Assembly (NCBI GenBank): GCA_046733975.1
Contig: JBKPQI010000020.1
Coordinates: 1 to 32,567 of the forward strand
Origin: Verrucomicrobiota bacterium
GTDB lineage: Bacteria > Verrucomicrobiota > Verrucomicrobiia > Chthoniobacterales > UBA10450
DNA: 32,567 nt
Reading direction: 5' to 3'
Shown in pieces: positions 8,895 to 16,081 of the stretch. The notes beneath the pieces were generated by a model. That model was not told where the DNA came from and ran no database searches. It saw only the letters and a list, made by a program, of their open reading frames with translations. The position numbers were made by a program, and so were the translations under genes. Position 1 is the stretch's first letter; the number at the start of each line of letters is the position of its first letter.

Positions 8895-9743
8895 TCATGC
8901 GATCCGCAAGTTATCGATCAATCGCGTTTTGCCGATGAAAACCGCCAGCGCGATGATCGCATTCGATCGCACGGTTTCCAGCGGCTGCAAATTGTCGGCG
9001 TCGACAATGCTGACGTAATCAATGCGCGCATCTTTCGCTGATGAGATTATCGATTTCGCCGAATCGATTAATTTGTTCACGGAATTTTCTCCGGCGTCGA
9101 CCAATTCCTTTACGCGAGTTATGGCGCGATACAGCACCATCGCCTGCACCCGCTCATCCGCATTTAAATATTGGTTGCGCGAACTCAAGGCGAGGCCGTC
9201 TCCTTCGCGCACTGTCGGCACGCAGATGATCTGGATTGGAAAATTCAGGTCCCGCACCATGCGACGAATGATTGCGAGCTGCTGATAATCCTTTTGCCCG
9301 AACGCCGCCGCGTCCGGCTCGATCAGATTAAAAAGCTTTGCCACCACAGTGCAGACGCCGCGGAAATGTCCCGGCCGCACCGCGCCGCACAGACCGGCCG
9401 AAAGCGCCGTCTCATCGACATACACCGACCGGTCATCAAAGTACATGTCGCGTGCGCGAAACAGCAGATCGACTCCGGCGTGACGGCAAATCTGTTCATC
9501 CGCCCGTTCTGGGCGCGGGTATCTGTCAAAATCGGCCCCAGGTTCGAATTGCAACGGATTAACAAAAATACTGACCGCGACCTCTCCATCTTTACCGACA
9601 TGCTCCCGCGCCACACGGATCAACTCCACATGGCCCCGATGCAAAGCTCCCATCGTCGGAACCAGCACGGATTTCGATGTCCGCTGACGCGCATGCGCGT
9701 GCACCGCTTCAGCCGACTCGATGATCTTCATTCGCGACCACAT
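8895..9743 (-). CDS. panC: Pantoate--beta-alanine ligase
   Basis: 282 aa. Family motifs are VPTMGALHRGHVELIR, SIFVNPLQF, RPGHFRGVCTVVAKLFN, AFGQKDYQQ and DGLALSSRN. The start could instead be the Met at 9731 (MKIIES). Confidence 0.93.
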   Translation of the reverse strand: MWSRMKIIESAEAVHAHARQRTSKSVLVPTMGALHRGHVELIRVAREHVGKDGEVAVSIFVNPLQFEPGADFDRYPRPERADEQICRHAGVDLLFRARDMYFDDRSVYVDETALSAGLCGAVRPGHFRGVCTVVAKLFNLIEPDAAAFGQKDYQQLAIIRRMVRDLNFPIQIICVPTVREGDGLALSSRNQYLNADERVQAMVLYRAITRVKELVDAGENSVNKLIDSAKSIISSAKDARIDYVSIVDADNLQPLETVRSNAIIALAVFIGKTRLIDNLRIA

Positions 9744-9748
9744 TACCC

Positions 9749-9786
9749 GTCATCCTGAGCGAAGCGAAGCGCAGTCGAAGGATCCT
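9749..9786. repeat. Palindromic element copy B (single arm)
   Basis: The sequence gtcatcctgagcgaagcgaagcgcagtcgaaggatcc lies 6 nt upstream of the panC ORF. There is no clear partner arm, only a weak ggatccaccc at about 9853. Confidence 0.7.
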
Positions 9787-9894
9787 GCGGCGTTACCAAA
9801 AGGGCTACCAGAATTGGCTGCAAGGCAGCGCTAGCCCGAAAGTGCAAAACAAGGATCCACCCTCATCGATATGCGGAGAAACGAGCTCTTCAAT

Positions 9895-10626
9895 TTACAC
9901 CGAATCCAGCCAGATCGCCTGACGCCCAATCGGAAACTTGTCGTGCCCGAAGTCGTTCCACCCTGCCCGTTCCGCCAAGTTATGCATTTCCATAAAACTG
10001 AAAGCGCGTGCCGTGGAAAGTCGTGCGTCGGTTTTCGTCATGGCATTGCGATAAATTACGGCGGTCAGGAGATAAACCGCGACGCTTAACCAGCGCGATC
10101 TTCGCAGGTCGGCAATCAAAACACGTTGATCAGAAAGCTCTTGGCATTTCTGCAGAACACGAACCGCATCATCCTCGCTAAAATGGTGCAGCGCGAGCGA
10201 ACAAAAAACAATGTTGTAGGGAAAACTTGACTGCTTTAACCAGTCAAGTTTGGGACCCACAGGGGCATTCCATTCGAACAGGTTGGCGCAGAAAAAATCG
10301 ATCTCGGGGTAGTCCCTGCTGAGGCCTCGCGCGATCTCGACAGTCGAGGCCTGTTGATCGATGGCATCGACATGGACGGACGCGTTTCGTTTTCGTGCAA
10401 AGTCGACGATCAGGCGCGGGATGTCACCCGACCCGGTGGCGACATCCAAAATTCGCGCTTTGCTGTTGGGTTTGAGCCAGCGCCGCAAAAAATACCGGAT
10501 TTGGCGGTAGCTGCCGAACCACCGGTTGAGCGAACGGATATTAGCCAGATCGCGTTCCAGCTCGGAGGTGACCGGTTGCGGCCGGTCCATCAGTTCCGGC
10601 ATCGTCGGATCGAACTGCCGCTTCAC
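9895..10626 (-). CDS. Class I SAM-dependent methyltransferase
   Basis: 243 aa. Motif I is ILDVATGSGDIP, followed by VDAIDQ and IVFCSLALHHF. Its start codon directly abuts the stop of the upstream cupin gene, so they are probably in one operon. Confidence 0.8.
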   Translation of the reverse strand: MKRQFDPTMPELMDRPQPVTSELERDLANIRSLNRWFGSYRQIRYFLRRWLKPNSKARILDVATGSGDIPRLIVDFARKRNASVHVDAIDQQASTVEIARGLSRDYPEIDFFCANLFEWNAPVGPKLDWLKQSSFPYNIVFCSLALHHFSEDDAVRVLQKCQELSDQRVLIADLRRSRWLSVAVYLLTAVIYRNAMTKTDARLSTARAFSFMEMHNLAERAGWNDFGHDKFPIGRQAIWLDSV

Positions 10627-11349
10627 TTATTCCGCGAGAAAACTGCGCCAGCTTTCCGGCAACAACGCTGACTCGACGTCGCTAGCGATCCGGCCTTCAA
10701 ATGCCGGCTCAAAATTCGTGCTCGTGCCGTAGACCATGATGGCATCTTCGCTCCCCTCGACCCGCAGAGCGTGGGCGACGCCCGGTGGAATCACCACCGC
10801 GACATTGTTGGCGCCTCGATGGTTATCGCCGTCGATGTAAAAATGCATGATGCGGCCACGAAAACCTTCGCGGACATCGCGCAAAATCATTTCCACACGG
10901 CCCTGGACAAAAAACATAACGTCCCATTGTTCGGCGTCGAAATTCGCTGAATTTTCTTTTGCGAACTGCCGGCGCAGCCATTTCGCTGCGTCTTCGCCTT
11001 CGGCAATGAATGGCGGATGAACGTGAAAACCTTTGGCGGTGTTAGCGAACATGCGCGCGGTCGCCCATTGCCGAGGCCAAAAATTGATTTTGCCTAAAAC
11101 TCCTTCATCGCGGCGGGCCAATTCTCCAAATAATCCGCGGTGCCGCTGCACGTAAACGGCGCGCGGGAAAATCTCCACGCCCGGAATCCAGACCGACGCC
11201 AGTGAACGACGGTTTGCCGCCACGACCTGCCCTGCTTCGACGCCAACACCGGCAAGCCGTTTCGCCAGCGCAGGCGCGCGATAATCGCGGGTGCTGAGCG
11301 CACTCTTTGCCGTCGGCTGCACACCACGCCAAAGATCTTGTTTTTTCAT
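10627..11349 (-). CDS. RmlC-like cupin (dTDP-4-dehydrorhamnose 3,5-epimerase-related) protein
   Basis: The ORF is open to 11415, but the Met at 11349 (MKKQDLW) is the likelier start. IPGVEIFPRAVYVQRHRGLFGEL, KGFHVHP, WDVMFFVQGRVEMILRDVREG and VVIPPGVAHAL parallel the RmlC family layout. The exact activity is unknown. Confidence 0.65.
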   Translation of the reverse strand: MKKQDLWRGVQPTAKSALSTRDYRAPALAKRLAGVGVEAGQVVAANRRSLASVWIPGVEIFPRAVYVQRHRGLFGELARRDEGVLGKINFWPRQWATARMFANTAKGFHVHPPFIAEGEDAAKWLRRQFAKENSANFDAEQWDVMFFVQGRVEMILRDVREGFRGRIMHFYIDGDNHRGANNVAVVIPPGVAHALRVEGSEDAIMVYGTSTNFEPAFEGRIASDVESALLPESWRSFLAE

Positions 11350-11544
11350 GACTTGTAGCGGCGGTCTGTGACCGCCCAGTGGTGAAGACTTTCGGCAGGA
11401 TGCCGAAACGAGCAACCAGGATGGTTGCGCTGCCCTCCCGCCACCTTGGGACCACGCAATGTTGTAGCCACCGCGCTCAGTCGCCGTGCCTGCGGGTGCC
11501 GCGATAGAGCGGGGCGGCTACAGCAGTTACGGCGGCGCCGGCGG

Positions 11545-13488
11545 CTACAATGAGAAATCGGCGCGTTCGGCGGAAAGATTCGGGTTGTAACAAGGATCGC
11601 GTCGAAACAATTGCTGCCAGCGTTTCTGCAAATTGGGACATGAGGCTTTTATGTTGTGCTTTGACGAAGTGCGCCGCAGCTCGGCATAGGGAACCGACAC
11701 CGTTCGCAACCCCTGCTCGCGCAGGGTCAAACAAAACTCTACCGCTCTGCACACACCACCATTCCGAGCGAAGTCGAAGGATCCCGTTGCGCAGCGAGAA
11801 GCAAAGTCTTCGAAAACTTCCCTCGGTGTGAGCAGACACGAACCGCTCACCGCACAGTAATTTCGCACCGCTTGCAATTGCCGGTTGGCCCCGCGGAAAT
11901 CGCGAGCGCTGGCAGCAAACGCCGAATGGACGCTGCCATCAGGCGACAAGATCAAGCCCGCCGTTTCAATCGTGCCTTCGATTGAAACGATGCGCGCTCC
12001 CACTGCACCAATTTTCGAATTGGACAGCTGCTCCGCCATTGCCGAGAGCCAATGTTTCTCCATCGGCGCAAGATCAGCATCGAGAAACAGGATGTATTCT
12101 CCGGATGCATTTTTCGTATCGCTGACAATCTCGAGATTCGGAAAATCTGTTTTCGCAGCAATGAGCTCGATATCTGCCGCGCCCGCACCATGGATGACAA
12201 TCGATATTTTCCGGAGACCGACTTCACGCCGGACACGATACAGATGCGTCTCCCAATCGATTGTGACACGCGCACTTTCGCCTCGGCGCGTAAGGTGCTC
12301 CTGAATCGCGCGCCGTCCTGCTTCCAACGCGCCTGGTTTACGGCGAATGTTGTGGGCGGTTGACTGAGGCGTGCGGCGCCAGTGATAAAGCACGCGCGCG
12401 ATGTGTCGAATTCGGTCGGTTTTCTCTGACACGCGCAGGAGCAGGTCGTAGTCCTGTGCGCCGTCGAACTCAGAGCAAAATCCAGCGTTCGCTAAATCAC
12501 GCCGCATCACAACAAAGTGTGCGATGTAATCATGAGTCAGAAAAAATTCGGGCGACCAGTCCGGCTTCAATATTGGCGCCGCGAGTTTACCGTCGACGAT
12601 TTTATCTTCGTCAGAATAGATGACGTCGGCTGGCCCGTCGGTTTGCAAAAGTTCAGCTACGCGAAATAGCGCATCAGGTTCGAGCAAATCATCGTGATCG
12701 AGCAGCGCAATCCACTCGCCCTTCGCCATGGCGAGGGCGGCGTTTAAGGCCGAGGAAATTCCGCCATGAGCTTGGGAACCGGTGTAAATCCGCGAATCGC
12801 GTTGGGCCAAGTTTCCCAGCACTGAGCGTGTGTTTGAATCCGTTGAGCCGTCATCAACCAAGATCAACTCCCAGTTTTCGTAAATTTGAGCGATGACGGA
12901 TTCGACGGCAGCGCTGAGAAACTCCGGATTGGGATTAAACGTCGGAGTAAGAATCGAAATTAGCGGCTGGTAAGAAAATTTTAGCGCCTGCTGCCGCAGC
13001 GTTGTCAGTTCGTCAGCGGACACCCGATGCTTTGCGAACCATTGGGCATATCCATTCTCCTCGGTGGAAAATACTCTTTTTCGTGACCGAATGAACCGAA
13101 ACGGTATGGAAAGAAATTTTGCGAAGCGGCCTTCAGCACTGCGGCGCAACTGCGCGTGTTCTTGACGCAGTGATTGCAACTCCCGCTTTACGTCTTTCAG
13201 GCGTAGCAGCTCTTCCTCCAGCCGCGCAATGTGCGCTTCCGCTGCCCGAAGTTCCTCGTTTTCCACGGGGCGCAGTATAGCGCAGGTGCCGCCCTCGCTT
13301 TGATCAAATTTATCGGCGAACCGCTCTTCCTTTGTGTCATCCGCGACGAACGCGAGGAATCTCTCAATTGGCCAATAGTATCTGAATTGGAAAGCACACG
13401 GCCGATCGTGAGATCCTTCGCCGTCTGCGCAGCTCAGGATGACAGCCATCGGGGTCAAGGGTGGTGTGACTAGCCGTCGTCGCCGCAT
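11545..13488 (-). CDS. Family 2 glycosyltransferase with N-terminal coiled-coil region
   Basis: GT2 core motifs are ISILTPTFNPNPEFL...SV..Q.Y.NWELILVDDGS, ALLDHDD and EFCLTLREQG. The C-terminus DPCYNPNLS is typical of this GT2 subgroup, and there is a coiled-coil (EELRAAEAHIARLEEELLRLKD). The annotated 5' end (MAVILSCADGEGS) is encoded by repeat copy D, so the true start is probably further downstream and is uncertain. Confidence 0.8.
   Translation of the reverse strand: MRRRRLVTPPLTPMAVILSCADGEGSHDRPCAFQFRYYWPIERFLAFVADDTKEERFADKFDQSEGGTCAILRPVENEELRAAEAHIARLEEELLRLKDVKRELQSLRQEHAQLRRSAEGRFAKFLSIPFRFIRSRKRVFSTEENGYAQWFAKHRVSADELTTLRQQALKFSYQPLISILTPTFNPNPEFLSAAVESVIAQIYENWELILVDDGSTDSNTRSVLGNLAQRDSRIYTGSQAHGGISSALNAALAMAKGEWIALLDHDDLLEPDALFRVAELLQTDGPADVIYSDEDKIVDGKLAAPILKPDWSPEFFLTHDYIAHFVVMRRDLANAGFCSEFDGAQDYDLLLRVSEKTDRIRHIARVLYHWRRTPQSTAHNIRRKPGALEAGRRAIQEHLTRRGESARVTIDWETHLYRVRREVGLRKISIVIHGAGAADIELIAAKTDFPNLEIVSDTKNASGEYILFLDADLAPMEKHWLSAMAEQLSNSKIGAVGARIVSIEGTIETAGLILSPDGSVHSAFAASARDFRGANRQLQAVRNYCAVSGSCLLTPREVFEDFASRCATGSFDFARNGGVCRAVEFCLTLREQGLRTVSVPYAELRRTSSKHNIKASCPNLQKRWQQLFRRDPCYNPNLSAERADFSL
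11760..11790. repeat. Palindromic element copy C (single arm, inside the GT2 CDS)
   Basis: Plus-strand sequence is cattccgagcgaagtcgaaggatcccgttgc. Its reverse complement shares an identical 24-mer, gcaacgggatccttcgacttcgct, with the right arm of copy H (28860..28883). It encodes ..CATGSFDFARNG.. in the GT2. Confidence 0.8.
13412..13443. repeat. Palindromic element copy D (single arm)
   Basis: The sequence gatccttcgccgtctgcgcagctcaggatgac lies in the 5' extension of the GT2 ORF. Confidence 0.7.
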
Positions 13489-13635
13489 CCTTTTTCGTGA
13501 TCGATTCGCGCGAACTCACCAGGGAATTCGGTGAACCCCGAAATCGTTCGGGATTGATGCGGACGCGTAGTTTCGACCGGCAGTGAGCCGATATTGATCG
13601 GACGCCCTCGTAACCATACTCTGACCGCCGGATTA

Positions 13636-15573
13636 ATGTTTGATTACCCGGTTTATCTTCTTTACCGCGCTGCAACGGGATTGCTCGCGCTTCTGCCGCT
13701 GCCGCTGTTATTCGGCGTCGGCAAAATCGGCGGCATGCTTGGTTGGTTAATCCTTCCGCATTATCGGCAACTGGCTTTGCGCAATGTGCGTATCGCCTTC
13801 GGCGGGGAGATGTCAGAAAAACGGATGCGGCAAATCGTGCGGCGCCATTTTCAGCAATTGGGAGCGAATCTGCTTTGCAGCGTGAAGTTCAATCGCATGC
13901 CGATGGAACAAATTCTCCAGCGCGTCCGACTGGAAAATTTTGAGCACGTCGAAACCTGTTTTCGCCAGAAACGACCGTTTGTTCTATTCCTCAGTCACAT
14001 CGGTTCATGGGAATTTTGTACGCGCCTCTTCCCGCATTTCTCGCGCGGTCAGCGCACTGCGACCGTTTACCAGCATATTGCCAATCCAGATATCGATCGC
14101 CACGTTCGCGAGGCGCGAAGTCGATTTGGCCTCGAAGTTTTCGAGCGCAGCGAGGGGTTCGGAAAAGCGATCGAGCTGCTGCGCGCGGGGGGCGGCATTG
14201 GTATTCTAATGGATCAACATGCCGGCGATGGCGGACTGTGGACGCCCTTTTTCGGCCGGCTCGCGTCAACCACTCCCTTGCCGGCACTGCTCGCGCGCCG
14301 GAGTCGCGCCAAATTGATCGGGTTCGCGATCCATACCGACGGGTTTGCGCGCTGGCGCGCCGTGGCCGAGACGCCTATTGAAGGCGCGGGCGAATCGATC
14401 GAACAACTGACCGCGCATGGAAATCAAATCTTGGAAAAACAAATCCGACGCGCGCCGGAAGATTGGTTCTGGGTGCATAATCGATGGAAAACGCCGCGGC
14501 CAAATTTTCTGCTTCGTAAATATAAGCGCGGAATTTTTCTTCCCGCTGGCGTTCAACTGAAGCCATTCCGCATTTTGATCCGGAGCAGCAACTGGCTGGG
14601 CGACGCCGTTATGAGTGTGCCAGCAGTCAAAGCGATCAAAAATGGCCGGCCCGACGCGCACGTCACCATTGCTGTTCCGGAACAACTGGCAGCGCTTTGG
14701 AAGATTGTGCCCGAAGTCGACGACATTATGGCGCTGCCATCCAAATCCGTCTTTGCAGCTGCGCGATTGATTCGTCGAAAGGCGGGGTTTGACGTCGCGA
14801 TTCTTTTTCCGAACTCGTTGCGCAGCGCGCTTGAAGTTTTTTTGGCGCGGATTCCGCGGCGGGTGGGATTGCGCGGCCATCGCCGTCACTGGTTGCTCAA
14901 CCAATGGCGAAGGCAGCGTCGTGTCGCCCCCGGCATTGTGCATCAAACCTACAAATACCTCGAGCTTGCCACCACGCTCGGTGCCGATATGCAGCTGGAA
15001 TTTCCGCAAGCCACTTCAGTCGCCCGGGGCGGCGAGCAGTTTAAATTCGGCCTTTGCCCTGGTGCAGAATACGGCCCGGCCAAGAGATGGCCACGTTTTG
15101 CGGAAGTCGCACACGAAATTGCGACGCGACATTCCGTTCACTGGATCCTTTTCGGCACGGCAGGTGACGGCGGGACTGGCGCCACCGTGGCAGAAGTGCT
15201 GGGAGACAGATGCACGAATCGGATCGGACAGACGACGCTGGCGGAGTTAATTACTGAACTGCGCGAATGCGATTTGCTCCTCACTAACGATACCGGAACG
15301 ATGCATCTGGCGGATTTGCTTGGTGTCCCCACGATTTCAATTTTCGGATCGACCGAACCGCGCCGCACGGGACCACTGGGTCAGGGACATCGGATTTTTC
15401 GACACCATGTCGAATGCAGTCCCTGTTTTTTGCGCGAATGCCCGCTCGATTTTCGCTGTATGGATGCGGTCACAAGTGCAGAAGTCATCGCTGCAATTGA
15501 GCAAATGATTGCAATGAATCTGTCGTCATCCCGACCGAAGCCGAGGGATGCCGATGCGAAAACCTTAAGGTAA
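13636..15573 (+). CDS. Fusion protein: lipid A lauroyl/myristoyl acyltransferase (LpxL/HtrB family) + ADP-heptose:LPS heptosyltransferase (WaaF/GT9 family)
   Basis: The ORF is open from a TTG at 13594, and the ATG at 13636 (MFDYPVYLLY) is the likelier start. The N-terminal half has the acyltransferase HX4E box (SHIGSWE) and the family C-terminal signature DWFWVHNRWKT. The C-terminal half has GT9 signatures FRILIRSSNWLGDAVMSVPAVKAIK, GAEYGPAKRWP and TNDTGTMHLADLLGVPTISIFGSTEP. It is one uninterrupted frame. Confidence 0.82.
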   Translation: MFDYPVYLLYRAATGLLALLPLPLLFGVGKIGGMLGWLILPHYRQLALRNVRIAFGGEMSEKRMRQIVRRHFQQLGANLLCSVKFNRMPMEQILQRVRLENFEHVETCFRQKRPFVLFLSHIGSWEFCTRLFPHFSRGQRTATVYQHIANPDIDRHVREARSRFGLEVFERSEGFGKAIELLRAGGGIGILMDQHAGDGGLWTPFFGRLASTTPLPALLARRSRAKLIGFAIHTDGFARWRAVAETPIEGAGESIEQLTAHGNQILEKQIRRAPEDWFWVHNRWKTPRPNFLLRKYKRGIFLPAGVQLKPFRILIRSSNWLGDAVMSVPAVKAIKNGRPDAHVTIAVPEQLAALWKIVPEVDDIMALPSKSVFAAARLIRRKAGFDVAILFPNSLRSALEVFLARIPRRVGLRGHRRHWLLNQWRRQRRVAPGIVHQTYKYLELATTLGADMQLEFPQATSVARGGEQFKFGLCPGAEYGPAKRWPRFAEVAHEIATRHSVHWILFGTAGDGGTGATVAEVLGDRCTNRIGQTTLAELITELRECDLLLTNDTGTMHLADLLGVPTISIFGSTEPRRTGPLGQGHRIFRHHVECSPCFLRECPLDFRCMDAVTSAEVIAAIEQMIAMNLSSSRPKPRDADAKTLR

Positions 15574-15608
15574 CTTCCTCGGGATCCCTCGACTGCGCTC
15601 GGGATGAC
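15525..15608. repeat. Palindromic element copy E (full, 84 nt)
   Basis: Arms are gtcatcccgaccgaagccgagggatgcc ... gggatccctcgactgcgctcgggatgac. The stop codon of the LpxL-WaaF fusion (15571..15573) lies in the loop. Confidence 0.85.
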
Positions 15609-15661
15609 GGAACTCCGGATGTCGTTGCTTTCAGGCGCGGCTCTGGAATCATTGGAGCGGT

Positions 15662-16081
15662 ATGGTCGAGTTACCTCGTGTTTGCACCGAAGTGCAGGTG
15701 ATGTTTTTCGATACCGACTGCGGTGGTGTCGTTCACAACATTGCGTATCTACGCTTCATCGAGATCGCCCGTACACTTCTGGCCGAGCAACTTGGACTCA
15801 GGCTGACAGAAATGGCGGGCACGCAAAAATACCCGGTCGTCGTCCGCACTGAAATCGATTACCGTCGCGCGGCCAAGCTCGGGGACCATCTCACGATTGA
15901 GGGTTGGCTCGACCGGCTCGATCGCGTGCGATTTTGGTGCGCTTTTCGGATTGTGCAAAAGGACGTGCTGATCGCTGAATGCCGGCAGATGCTGGCATTA
16001 GTTCAGATGCCTTCAGCCAAAGTATTGCGCCTGCCTGAGAGCTGGGATCGATATCGTGGCGCCCTCAGCGTATCTCACTAG
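15662..16081 (+). CDS. YbgC/4HBT-type hotdog acyl-CoA thioesterase
   Basis: 139 aa. VQVMFFDTDCGGVVHNIAYLRFIEIARTLL matches the YbgC/FadM N-terminal catalytic motif. Its stop codon directly abuts the ATG of the next gene. Confidence 0.8.
   Translation: MVELPRVCTEVQVMFFDTDCGGVVHNIAYLRFIEIARTLLAEQLGLRLTEMAGTQKYPVVVRTEIDYRRAAKLGDHLTIEGWLDRLDRVRFWCAFRIVQKDVLIAECRQMLALVQMPSAKVLRLPESWDRYRGALSVSH

Noticed and set aside
11105-11839. ORFs 11105..11455 (-), 11094..11327 (-), 11477..11839 (-) and 11550..11831 (+)
   Set aside because: They overlap the cupin gene or the GT2 C-terminus in other frames. The supported frames contain the family motifs, and these ORFs are compositionally biased with no signatures.
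14266-15009. 247-aa minus-strand ORF inside the LpxL-WaaF gene
   Set aside because: The plus-strand frame carries unmistakable acyltransferase and GT9 motifs across the same nucleotides. The antisense product has no recognisable features.
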